Source: Clostridia bacterium
Lineage (GTDB): Bacteria; Bacillota; Clostridia; Christensenellales; UBA1242
Direction of reading: 5' to 3'
Length of the DNA: 55,421 nucleotides
NCBI GenBank assembly: GCA_017481235.1
Contig: JAFUPL010000046.1
Span: 1 to 55,421 of the forward strand
Every line of letters starts with the position of its first letter. Position 1 is the first letter of the stretch. Position numbers and translations under genes: made by a program. The notes beneath the pieces are model-generated. The model saw nothing but the letters and a program-made list of their open reading frames with translations. It was not told where the DNA came from and did no database searches. Shown piece after piece: positions 38,601 through 47,458 of this stretch.

Positions 38601-39542
38601 TGCATAAATTCCTATACTTGTTACCCTTGCTTCACCATTAATTCCATCGTTATATATGGTTGGGATTACAATATTAGTGATACCAGTATCATAAACATAA
38701 TCATATCCACTACCACACCAATTTTCATCAAAATAATCATCATTACTAAATACATATTCGCCATCAACATAATGGATATATTTAGTGGTATTTGGGGTTA
38801 TATTATGAAAACGAGCATAAAGGTTGCGGTTGCTTTGTAGTGGGAATGTGGCAAGTTGAGTAAAGTTTTCGTCCAAGAACCATGCGTCAAAGTAGTATCC
38901 GTCTGGCGCGGTTGGAGTGGCGGGTTGTTGCATTTCTAGACCATCAACAAATGTTTGAGTGGTTGTTGTGTTGTTGACATTGTTTTTAATCTCAATAGTT
39001 TTTGCTACGCCATAATTCCACACAACGCTTGTACTAAATGTAACTGGAACGGTTGCGTCGGTTGGGGTAACCAATATGTAAATATATTTATTGCTACCCT
39101 TGGTGTTGATTGTTTGGATAGTATAATCGGTTTGACCTGTAATGGTGGTAGATGTATCCAACGGAGTATCACTATAGGTGTAACTAACATTTACGCCCGT
39201 AGTGTCAATACTTTTTAACTTAACCGCCATAGCAACGTCCATAGTATTACCAAATATATATTGATATGCGATAGTGGTGGCGGTGGTATCCTCGGTAGCA
39301 TTTGCACCTGGAACATAATTATAATTAATTACATCATCACCATTTTTAACCACTACTTCACCTGGAAGATATGTGTATGTGGTAGGTTTTTCATTATCAA
39401 TATCAACCACTTGACCCTTATTGGTTGGAATTTGTGGTGGAATTGAATGGTCCTTATTAATATTGATTAATCCAATAGCAAAAGCAACAAGCATTGCAAA
39501 TGCTACGCTTACACCTAATATTATTTTTTTTCTTATACTCAT
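35601..39542 (-). CDS. BspA-type leucine-rich-repeat surface protein, paralog 2 (about 1313 aa)
   Basis: Same architecture as paralog 1. I placed the start at MSIRKKIILGVSV (ATG 39542) because AAGGGGA lies 6 nt upstream, as in the other paralogs; the track ORF merely extends in-frame to 39638. It contains three full copies of an approximately 85-aa module (..EVYNLS...ESK(L/F).TI(D/E)GV.YYK...TK..ITLD.RT) and a truncated fourth copy at the C-terminus. Confidence 0.8.
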   Translation of the reverse strand: MSIRKKIILGVSVAFAMLVAFAIGLININKDHSIPPQIPTNKGQVVDIDNEKPTTYTYLPGEVVVKNGDDVINYNYVPGANATEDTTATTIAYQYIFGNTMDVAMAVKLKSIDTTGVNVSYTYSDTPLDTSTTITGQTDYTIQTINTKGSNKYIYILVTPTDATVPVTFSTSVVWNYGVAKTIEIKNNVNNTTTTQTFVDGLEMQQPATPTAPDGYYFDAWFLDENFTQLATFPLQSNRNLYARFHNITPNTTKYIHYVDGEYVFSNDDYFDENWCGSGYDYVYDTGITNIVIPTIYNDGINGEARVTSIGIYAFSDDMTTGCDITSVSMPCTITTIGDYAFDNSSLTSVDLTSCTNLTTIGDYAFDWCGLTSIDLTSCTNLTTIGDSAFAACDIFTSITIPSSVETIGNDAFSNCNNLISIDLSNCKNLTSIGGRAFYGCENLQEVGLHSGITSIGDSAFYGCSSLTGITMPYGIDSIGANAFYNCVALEDINLNGCASLTSIGASAFRNCSSLYSINIPKNVTTIGANAFDSCTSLTYLVLPNELTTLGDYAFNKCSSLIKTIIPTKVTSIGKYAFYNCTQLTSVGDLSKCTDLISIGINAFSYAKLSSVGDLSKCTSLTTIGNQAFRYTTITNVVLPSSITALGPYAFANNASLIKADLSKCTSITTLPGYLFSYCSGLTNAQLPNTITNTGTYTFQYCSALSTITLPNSLTTIGSNAFYQCGNITNITIPENVTSVGMGAFHCCYNLAEVYNLSSISFEQGEQDTRNSYLAYYAGVVAKHERDESKLVTIEGVDYYKYSDTDYRFLRLSDNTKTRITLDSRTTLIRNYAFHKNQILKSIDISSCANLTITGRYLFSDCSALISVNMSGCKNLNIIDENTFSGCTSLINVDLSNCINLTTIERECFSYCDNLAYVNLTNCTSLKTIGASTFASCHNLISVNIPSSVTSIGAGAFKNCQTLKRITIPEGITTIESNTFNQCYSLTSITIPSSIISIGNNAFQYCYALAEVFNLSNLTITQGSEDNGYVGCYALQVYTSLEESKFTTIDGVRYYKESDSSYIAIGLVDITKTHVTLNDRTISINKYAFYNYTKLINIDLSNCANLVTIDKCSFYQCYNLNSITLPSSLTTIDSQAFDKCNNLVEIYNLSSLNIKAGSSLNGYVAYYAAIVVNGPRDESKLVTIDGVDYYKNSETDYIALRLSDKTKTSITLDSRTTMIGNYTFYQCINLTSVDLSKCNNLTTIGKNAFWGCSSLTSITIPSNVTKISDYAFYGCTNLKTVYNLSNFSFVAGILDSGRTYVSYYADNVYTTLP

Positions 39543-39628
39543 ACTCATTCCCCTTTTTACCGCTATTTGTAAAATTATGGATTCCAACTTTAGTTGGATT
39601 TGCTCGACTATAATAATTTGATACATTA

Positions 39629-39657
39629 ATTTTAACAATTTGAATATGATTTGTCAA
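39629..39657 (-). promoter_or_regulatory. conserved extended -10 promoter of LRR gene 2
   Basis: Minus strand reads TTGACA, 17-nt spacer ending in TGT, then TAAAAT. Confidence 0.6.
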
Positions 39658-39693
39658 AACTTTTTTAACACTTTGCAATATTTTTCCCAAATT

Positions 39694-39751
39694 TGTCGAA
39701 ATTTATTTGTTTTGACACTAATATATGCGACAAAATCTACCCATTACGACA
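39694..39751. promoter_or_regulatory. cluster of three Spo0A-type boxes in the LRR-2/addB divergent region
   Basis: TGTCGAA is on the plus strand at 39694-39700. TGTCGCA (39732-39726) and TGTCGTA (39751-39745) are on the minus strand, each preceded by TTT. Confidence 0.4.
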
Positions 39752-39769
39752 AAATTTTATATTTCCTTG

Positions 39770-39798
39770 TTGCGCTAAAAGATATTGTGTGATATAAT
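39770..39798 (+). promoter_or_regulatory. candidate extended -10 promoter for addB
   Basis: TTGCGC, 17-nt spacer ending in TGA, then TATAAT (39793-39798). Only 6 nt separate the -10 box from the ATG. Confidence 0.4.
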
Positions 39799-39804
39799 GA
39801 AGGC

Positions 39805-42800
39805 ATGAAACTAAATATTTTAAAGTCTTTAAATCTAAAACACGCAATCGACAACACTATCACCACTATCAAGCAACTTGGTGATAATGATATTTGCGTG
39901 ATTGTACCAGACAAATTAAGTGCAACAATGGAAAAATTAATTTTTGAAAAGTTGGATATTGAATGTAGTTTTAATATCAATGTTTCCACACTTAATAGAT
40001 TAAGTAAAAATATTTTGGCGGAAACACACGCTAAATATCGCACAATTTCCAAGATTGGTGGCATTATTTTGCTTAAAAAAGTGCTTAATGAAAATAAGGA
40101 ACTTATTACAAGTTTTAAAAACGACAAACATTCGTATCAATATAGCAACGAAATTTACAAAACTTTATCACAATTAAAGGCATGCCAACTATCAAGTGAC
40201 GAATTATTAAAGTATGAGTGCGAACTTAAACCTTTGCAACAAAAAATAAATGACCTAGGCAATATCATGCAAATATACAACGAGGCAAAAACGGAAATGT
40301 TGGACAACTCGGATACTTTGACACTTACTTGCATGATGTTGGACCGTAGCGAAACGGTTAAAAACACCTACTACATTTTTGTAGGTTTTGACGATTTTAC
40401 TTCACAAGGTTATCTTTTGATTGAGCGCTTGCTTAAATGTAGTAAAGGCGTGTATGTAAACACCTACACCTCAAACAATTTTAACAAAAATATCTATTAT
40501 CAAGATGTATTTTATAGATTGCTTGCAATGTGTCAAATTTTAGGCGCTAAGGACAATATTATTGAATATCCTTATGTTGATGATACTATTCACACCTATT
40601 TAACTCGCAACCTATTTGCGTTTAACAAACTTAACTTTATCACTCAACCTAACACCATTAGGTTATATCAAGCACAAAATATTGTGGACGAACTTGAGTT
40701 TATAGCACGCGACATTCGTCAAAAAGTTTTAAGTGGCGCAAGATATCGCGAATTTGGACTTGCCGTATATAATTTAAATGCATATACCGAAGTTATTAAG
40801 CAAGTGTTTAACAAATATGACCTTTGCATCTACTTGGACGTACAAAAAGGCTTTTCATCTACTTGCGTGTATAGATTTTTTACAAACTTGTGGCAAATAT
40901 ATGCTAAAAACTACGACACTCTTAATTTGATTGAACTTATCAATAGTCCTTTTATAGTATTGCCCGAAATTCACAAAGCAACAATAATTAAAACTATCAA
41001 GCAATTTAACTATCGTGGCAATTTGGAAAAACTAGATTGCAAAGATGAAGAAATAAACCAGTCAGTTGACAGTTTGCACAAATTTTTAACCACATACAAG
41101 TTGGATACAAATTCAAATATTGACACTATTATTGAGTGGCACAATACCATAATTGAACAATTAAATATGGTGGAAATTGTAGCAAATTTAACGGGAAAAC
41201 TTGATGACGCTTACGATCAAAAAATTATTGCACAAGCAATAAAGTCTTCTAATCAATTGCTTAATGAAATCAAGGAATTTTACCCTAACGCTATGTTAAG
41301 TGAAATTTTGGATATTTACACTCAAGCGGGAGTGGAACTTGCCATATCTCCACTACCTTTAAGTGCAGATTGTATTCAAGTGATTGACGCAAATGAAATT
41401 TTGACCAATTTTGACAATCTTTACATTGTAAATTGTTCTTCCTCCACCGCTCCAAGCATTCTTCAAGATGTGGGAATATTACTTGACAAGGAACTTACTT
41501 ATGTTCAACTTTCACATAACATTGAACCAACCATTGCCCGTATGAACCGTTTGAACAAATTTAAGTTGTTTAATAGTGCATTAATGTTTAACAAAAATTT
41601 GTGCGTATCAATGAGTTTGTCCTCACCTAGCGAAACCAGCACGCTTGTAACCGAACTAAAATCACGAATATTTACGCAAAATGACAAACATGATGAGGCG
41701 AATATTGGATATATTTATCCTTATCAAATTAAAAGTGATAAAATATACACTCCGCTAAGTGTGTGGGATTTGGTTGAGTATGCGTATACTAACAAAATTG
41801 ACTTAAGTCAAAAGGTTAAAAATCTTATCGAGAGCACTAATATACAAACCAACCCTACCGACATTACTATAGATAAAAATTTGTGTAGCATTAATGAAAT
41901 TTCGGCAAGTGCTTTAGAAAACTATTTCCAATGCCCGTTGAAATATTTCTTTAGTTACATATTAAAATTAAAAGAACCCGTTTCTAGTGAAATTGAAATG
42001 CTGGATATTGGAAATATATTACACGAACTTGCTTACTTTTACTATTTATGCAAAGACCGTTTAACGCTTGATATAAATAAGTTTTGTAGCGAAACAATTA
42101 AAAAACTTATTGAAAAAGACGAAAAGTTAGTTCAACACATCAACAATCCAATATTGATTAATCTAATAGCGGAGGCCGAGCGTTTTATTTTGCATTTGCG
42201 CAACTTAGATAACAATAGTGAATTTGTTCCTACATATTTTGAAAAATCATTTGGTGCAAATAAATCACTAGACGCTTTACCTTTAACCGACAATATTAGT
42301 TTGAAAGGAAAAGTGGATAGAATTGATATTTATAATGAATATTTTAGAATTATCGACTATAAATCGGGCAATGCCGACGCATCTCTTGATGAGTTGTATT
42401 ATGGCAAAAAACTTCAACTATTTTTGTACGCTTTAGCAATACAAAATGCAACTGATAAAAAAATTAGTGGAACATTTTACTTGCCTATAAAAAATGTAGT
42501 AGAAAAAATGGATAGTGACGACAATATATACAAGTTGATCGGATTTTATACTGACGATAATGATTTAATCAACGCTTATGATATTAACCTTGAACCAAAC
42601 TCAAAAAGTGAATATGTAAATATAACCTTAAAAAAGGACGGAACTTTATCTAAACGAAGCGACAAAGTATTGTCACCAAGCGAAATGGAGCGCTTAATGG
42701 AATATTCCAAAAATGTATCCATTAAGGCATTGGAAGAAATGTGTTGTGGCAATTTTAAAGCATCTCCTTTAAAGTTTGACAAAACCACTTCCGCTTGCAC

Positions 42801-42897
42801 TTATTGCCCATATCTAACCCTATGTTCAAAGTCAAGTAATAGCATTCCTTTTAGGGAAATTGGCGAAATTAATATCAACAGTTTTACAGGAGATTAA
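39805..42897 (+). CDS. addB: helicase-nuclease complex subunit AddB/RexB
   Basis: 1030 aa. VIVPDKLSATME resembles the AddB LVPDQMTF block. C-terminal nuclease GKVDRIDIY...IIDYKSG. Fe-S cysteines are FQCP plus CTYCPYLTLC. Confidence 0.85.
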   Translation: MKLNILKSLNLKHAIDNTITTIKQLGDNDICVIVPDKLSATMEKLIFEKLDIECSFNINVSTLNRLSKNILAETHAKYRTISKIGGIILLKKVLNENKELITSFKNDKHSYQYSNEIYKTLSQLKACQLSSDELLKYECELKPLQQKINDLGNIMQIYNEAKTEMLDNSDTLTLTCMMLDRSETVKNTYYIFVGFDDFTSQGYLLIERLLKCSKGVYVNTYTSNNFNKNIYYQDVFYRLLAMCQILGAKDNIIEYPYVDDTIHTYLTRNLFAFNKLNFITQPNTIRLYQAQNIVDELEFIARDIRQKVLSGARYREFGLAVYNLNAYTEVIKQVFNKYDLCIYLDVQKGFSSTCVYRFFTNLWQIYAKNYDTLNLIELINSPFIVLPEIHKATIIKTIKQFNYRGNLEKLDCKDEEINQSVDSLHKFLTTYKLDTNSNIDTIIEWHNTIIEQLNMVEIVANLTGKLDDAYDQKIIAQAIKSSNQLLNEIKEFYPNAMLSEILDIYTQAGVELAISPLPLSADCIQVIDANEILTNFDNLYIVNCSSSTAPSILQDVGILLDKELTYVQLSHNIEPTIARMNRLNKFKLFNSALMFNKNLCVSMSLSSPSETSTLVTELKSRIFTQNDKHDEANIGYIYPYQIKSDKIYTPLSVWDLVEYAYTNKIDLSQKVKNLIESTNIQTNPTDITIDKNLCSINEISASALENYFQCPLKYFFSYILKLKEPVSSEIEMLDIGNILHELAYFYYLCKDRLTLDINKFCSETIKKLIEKDEKLVQHINNPILINLIAEAERFILHLRNLDNNSEFVPTYFEKSFGANKSLDALPLTDNISLKGKVDRIDIYNEYFRIIDYKSGNADASLDELYYGKKLQLFLYALAIQNATDKKISGTFYLPIKNVVEKMDSDDNIYKLIGFYTDDNDLINAYDINLEPNSKSEYVNITLKKDGTLSKRSDKVLSPSEMERLMEYSKNVSIKALEEMCCGNFKASPLKFDKTTSACTYCPYLTLCSKSSNSIPFREIGEININSFTGD

Positions 42898-42901
42898 GAT
42901 A

Positions 42902-45900
42902 ATGAGTAAAAGTTTTGACCCTCAACAACAAGCAATATTAGATAGCACCGCTCAACGACAATTAGTTAATGCGGGTGCTGGCAGTGGAAAAACTACTGTA
43001 ATGATACAAAAAATTGCGGATTTGTTGTTAAATAACAAAGTAACTACTAATGAATTGTTAGTAGTAACTTTTACTAATCTTGCTTCAATTGAAATGCGTG
43101 AAAGACTGGTTGCTAAAATTAGTGAAGAGTTAACAAAATCAACTGACGAACAAGAAAAAACTCGCATTCAAAATATACTTGACGGAATTGAAACTGCATC
43201 TGTTGATACAATTGATGGATTTTGCTCAAAAATGCTTAAAAAATACTTCTATCAAGCAAATCTTGACCCCGAAATTAAAATAATATCATCATTTAGTCAA
43301 GAATACTACATCAATAAAGCATTGGACTTAGCAATTAAAAAATTTAATGAAGCAAATGAAAAAGATTTGATTGTGTTGTGCGATATTTTTGAAAAAAAAT
43401 CTAGAAGTTTAGATAGTCTTAAGGAAAATTTATTAAAAGCATTTAATTATTGTGTTTGCCAAAAAGATTATGACAGTTTTTTAAACAAAATTTTGCCACA
43501 ATACAAAGACTTAAACTCTACTTCAGCATGTTATTTAAATAAACATATTTTTAACAACATAACCGAAAATGCTAACCAAATTTTAAAATTACTACCAAAT
43601 TTTACCGATTTCCCTAAATTGCATAAAATGATGGATTGTTTTTGTTCTCATTTAATTAAAGTTAGTGATACCGATTTAAGCACAACTATCAACATTTTAA
43701 CTCAATGCGAAATGTACAACTTGCAACGCACCGAACATATTAAGGATAATTTTGACTATGACAAACTAAAATTCCATGCTGAAAATCTTAAGAAATTAAT
43801 TAATGACACTAAATTTTTACATAACTTGGATAAATTTGCACTTGATAACATTTCTCATCATCTAACAAGTTTTGTCGAACTTCTTAAATTGTTTATCCAC
43901 ACTTATGCAAATCTAAAACGTGAAAATGGCGTAATGGACTTTAGTGATTTGGAACGTAAAATGCTTGATATTTTGCAAAACGAAGCGATAATAAAGGATT
44001 TTCATGATACTTATAAATATATCTTTGTTGACGAATATCAAGATATAAATCCTATGCAAGACGAATTGATTAACACTCTACTAAATAGTTCTAGCAATCT
44101 ATTCCTTGTGGGCGACGTTAAGCAAAGTATTTATGGATTTAGGCAATCAACTCCCGAACTATTTATTCAAACCTACAAAAATTACAAGCAAGACTCTGCG
44201 CTTGGCACTGCGTTTGATATGAAAATTAATTTTAGGTCTGCGCCTCAAATTTTGGAGTTTAATAATGACATCTTTTGCAAACTAATGACCGAAAAAGATG
44301 CAGATATTGACTATTCTGGCACGGGCAAATTTGCACCACGCAATCATGATTTCCCTACCTCACGTGCCGTTGAAATATATGCCATTAACACCGACAATCA
44401 ACCAGACCAATTGCCTATCCAAGGAATATATAGCGTTAAAAATCACCGCAACCCTTTAAACATTTGCGACCCAGACGAATATGAAATCCACTTGGTAATA
44501 AACAAAATCAAGGAATTGATTGGAAGTGAAATTTACGACTCAAAACTTAAAGAAAACCGAACAGTAGAATATAGTGATATTGCTATTCTTAGTCGTGGTA
44601 TTGTTAATGAAAAAGTTCAAAACCTTGCAAAAACGTTAACTAAACACAACATTCCTATCAATATCAACAAAAACACCAATGTTAAAGATAGCGAAGGTGT
44701 TAATAAAATTTTGGCAATACTAAAAATCCTCAATTTTACCGCTAGCGATATTGATTATGTATATCTATTTACAAGTCCGTTAATAAATTTAACATATGAG
44801 GAAATATTAAATATTTACACTAATCATAACTTGAATTTGCATGACAATCTAAACCAGTACGCAAACACTTGCAATGATAATTTAAGTATTAAAATAAAAT
44901 ATGGTTTTAATTTGTGTGATGAATTTAGAATTATAAGTTCTACCATGAATGTAATTGAACTAATTGAAACTATTTTAAACAAGTATCACTTACGTCAACA
45001 CTTAATTGCAAGTGATAAGGGGTATGAACAATTAAATATTTTAGATGAATTTTTAAATTCGTTATCTAATGAGGAAAAAAATCTATCAATATCCAAATTT
45101 ATTGATTTGATTGAAAAAAATCTAAACTCAAGCAACCAAATTGTGGCACGCGATAGCATTAATAGTGTTACTATTCAAACCATTCACGCAAGTAAAGGTC
45201 TTGAATATCCTATTGTAATACTATTTAATTGTGGACAACAATTTACATACCTCAACGAACATAATGAATTAAACTTTGACCTTGACCTAGGCGTTGGCAT
45301 GCAATATTATGACCTAACTTCGCGTAAACGCCTAGAATCCCCTACCCGCTATGCAATAAAGTTAAAGAATAAGGAGAAGGCGTATAAGGAAGAACTACGC
45401 CTACTATATGTTGCCACCACAAGAGCAAAAAATAAGTTGATAATAACTGGGTGTTGTAGTGATGACAAATTAATGCAAAATACTTTAAGCAAGGATTGCT
45501 TTATTAATCTAATACTATCTGCATACTATGGTCAAATCAATGCACACCCACTTGCTAGTGAATATGATTTTACTAATTGTCATATATCCTTGTTAAATTA
45601 TGTAAACATTGATTATATTGAAAAGCAAAATGAAAATAAGTCATTGTGTAACGATAATTTAATTGAAAATAATATTAACTTTAATTATCCTTATATGGAA
45701 GAAACTAATATCTCAATCAAAAACAATGTAACCGCAATATCTCGCACACTAAATGATGAGTATAATATTGCTCCAGTTAGACTAAATTTAAATGAAAACT
45801 TGCAAGCAACTACCGACGATTTGGCACAAATTGGAACTCAATATCACAATTCACTAGCAAACATCGACTACTCTTGCCCTTATATATATCAAAATGAAGA

Positions 45901-46258
45901 TAATGATATTGACCAAAACTTAATCCAACTTGCCCACACCAAAATATCTCCTATTGCAAAAGGTTGTATCAAACAATATAACGAAAAGCAATTTATGATG
46001 TATGTCCCATATAACGAAATATATAAGGATAGTAATGTTAGTAGCAAAATATTGGTTCAAGGTATTATTGACTTAATATTAGAGTTTGACACCCATGTAA
46101 TACTTATCGACTACAAATATTCATCATCGAGTATCAAAACTTTGCGTGAGCGTTATCACACTCAACTTGAATTATACAAACTTGCTCTAGAAAAAGCACT
46201 TAAAAAACCAGTAACCCAAAGTTATATCTACAGCATTAAAACTGGCGACCTTGGATAA
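42902..46258 (+). CDS. addA: helicase-nuclease complex subunit AddA (UvrD-like helicase plus PD-(D/E)XK nuclease)
   Basis: I chose the start MSKSFDPQQQ (ATG 42902, AGGAG upstream). Walker A AGAGSGKTT, FVDEYQD, and a C-terminal nuclease GIIDLI...LIDYKYS. Confidence 0.88.
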   Translation: MSKSFDPQQQAILDSTAQRQLVNAGAGSGKTTVMIQKIADLLLNNKVTTNELLVVTFTNLASIEMRERLVAKISEELTKSTDEQEKTRIQNILDGIETASVDTIDGFCSKMLKKYFYQANLDPEIKIISSFSQEYYINKALDLAIKKFNEANEKDLIVLCDIFEKKSRSLDSLKENLLKAFNYCVCQKDYDSFLNKILPQYKDLNSTSACYLNKHIFNNITENANQILKLLPNFTDFPKLHKMMDCFCSHLIKVSDTDLSTTINILTQCEMYNLQRTEHIKDNFDYDKLKFHAENLKKLINDTKFLHNLDKFALDNISHHLTSFVELLKLFIHTYANLKRENGVMDFSDLERKMLDILQNEAIIKDFHDTYKYIFVDEYQDINPMQDELINTLLNSSSNLFLVGDVKQSIYGFRQSTPELFIQTYKNYKQDSALGTAFDMKINFRSAPQILEFNNDIFCKLMTEKDADIDYSGTGKFAPRNHDFPTSRAVEIYAINTDNQPDQLPIQGIYSVKNHRNPLNICDPDEYEIHLVINKIKELIGSEIYDSKLKENRTVEYSDIAILSRGIVNEKVQNLAKTLTKHNIPININKNTNVKDSEGVNKILAILKILNFTASDIDYVYLFTSPLINLTYEEILNIYTNHNLNLHDNLNQYANTCNDNLSIKIKYGFNLCDEFRIISSTMNVIELIETILNKYHLRQHLIASDKGYEQLNILDEFLNSLSNEEKNLSISKFIDLIEKNLNSSNQIVARDSINSVTIQTIHASKGLEYPIVILFNCGQQFTYLNEHNELNFDLDLGVGMQYYDLTSRKRLESPTRYAIKLKNKEKAYKEELRLLYVATTRAKNKLIITGCCSDDKLMQNTLSKDCFINLILSAYYGQINAHPLASEYDFTNCHISLLNYVNIDYIEKQNENKSLCNDNLIENNINFNYPYMEETNISIKNNVTAISRTLNDEYNIAPVRLNLNENLQATTDDLAQIGTQYHNSLANIDYSCPYIYQNEDNDIDQNLIQLAHTKISPIAKGCIKQYNEKQFMMYVPYNEIYKDSNVSSKILVQGIIDLILEFDTHVILIDYKYSSSSIKTLRERYHTQLELYKLALEKALKKPVTQSYIYSIKTGDLG

Positions 46259-46287
46259 ACTAATTAATATTTACTTAAACCTCCAAA

Positions 46288-46321
46288 AAAAGATTTAGAC
46301 TAACAATCTAAATCTTTTTTT
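46288..46321 (+). terminator. intrinsic terminator after addA
   Basis: AGATTTAGA-ctaacaa-TCTAAATCT plus TTTTTT. Confidence 0.8.
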
Positions 46322-46423
46322 GTAATACTATTTGTGATTTTAATTGTTGATAAAACTTTAATCAATCAAATATTATAGCAATAATTATTTGCAAAAGTTT
46401 TAATAATTTTGTATAATAGGGTT

Positions 46424-47428
46424 ATGAAAAATAGAAAGTTAAACATATTTGACGCTGGGATTGCGTTTGTGATAGCATTTATACTAGCACAATTTACTTC
46501 CGCTATAGGAGTAACAATTACTCAAGTTATTATGGAAATATGTGGCAAATCCGCCACCCAAATTTCAACCTTTTGGGACACTGCATTTGGATACTTATTG
46601 CAAGCAATATATATGAATGTTGCATTTGTTTTAGTGTTTATTTATTACTATAAAAAAAGAGACCATCAATCCATACTTCAACAACCAACACAACACACTA
46701 AAAAATATGTGGGCATTTGCATATTAATTGGAATTGCCACAATGTTTTTACTATCTGGAGTGCTTAATTATTTTCAATTGCTTGTGGACAAACTTGGATT
46801 TACATCAACTTCATTATCCTACGAATTAAACTCACCTAAAAACTATTTAATATCCCTGGTGTCGCTTGCATTAATTCCTGCGATATGTGAAGAATTAATA
46901 TTTAGGGGCGTTATTACTAGTGCATTAAAGCAAAAAGGACAAATATTTGCCATTGTGCTTAGTTCAATAATGTTTGCAATGTTCCACTTTTCGCCAAGTC
47001 AATTGATTTATCCTATATGTTTTGGATTGATTTTAGCGATAGTATATTTGCGCACCAATAATATTATTTTCCCAATATTATTGCATTTTATAAATAACGC
47101 ACTAAGTCTTAGCATACAATATTTTAGTAGTGACACAACTAGCGTGTTTACTCACTCAATGTCAAATTTAATTTATGCAATAATCACTTTTGCAATTTGG
47201 ATTTGGATTATATGTTACTTGTTTAATGACTTTAAAAAACACAATTTAAACAACCCATCTTCTAACACTAGTGTCACAAATGATAACCAATACAACCAAT
47301 CAAGCGACATCTTAACCAATCAAACTAGTGATAGCACCACTCAATACAATGTCAAAACTAATAATATGGTGTTGTATGGTTCGATTGCAATAATGGGATT
47401 TATATATATACTTTTGTTATTTGTTTAG
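46424..47428 (+). CDS. CPBP-family intramembrane glutamic endopeptidase (CAAX protease / Abi domain), copy 1
   Basis: PAICEELIFRG, FAMFH and LHFINN motifs in a polytopic membrane protein. I preferred the ATG at 46424 over the track's TTG at 46409. Confidence 0.8.
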   Translation: MKNRKLNIFDAGIAFVIAFILAQFTSAIGVTITQVIMEICGKSATQISTFWDTAFGYLLQAIYMNVAFVLVFIYYYKKRDHQSILQQPTQHTKKYVGICILIGIATMFLLSGVLNYFQLLVDKLGFTSTSLSYELNSPKNYLISLVSLALIPAICEELIFRGVITSALKQKGQIFAIVLSSIMFAMFHFSPSQLIYPICFGLILAIVYLRTNNIIFPILLHFINNALSLSIQYFSSDTTSVFTHSMSNLIYAIITFAIWIWIICYLFNDFKKHNLNNPSSNTSVTNDNQYNQSSDILTNQTSDSTTQYNVKTNNMVLYGSIAIMGFIYILLLFV

Positions 47429-47458
47429 ATGCAAATCTAATAATTTAAAGGACTTTTC

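Noticed and set aside
39543-39638. The N-terminal 32-codon extension of LRR-2 in the ORF track, and the 77-aa and 127-aa minus-strand ORFs at 39457-39690 and 39744-40127.
   Set aside because: The extension is just the stop-free 5'-UTR containing the conserved promoter. The SD and ATG spacing conserved in all three paralogs points to 39542 as the start. The other two ORFs overlap promoter DNA or are antisense to addB.
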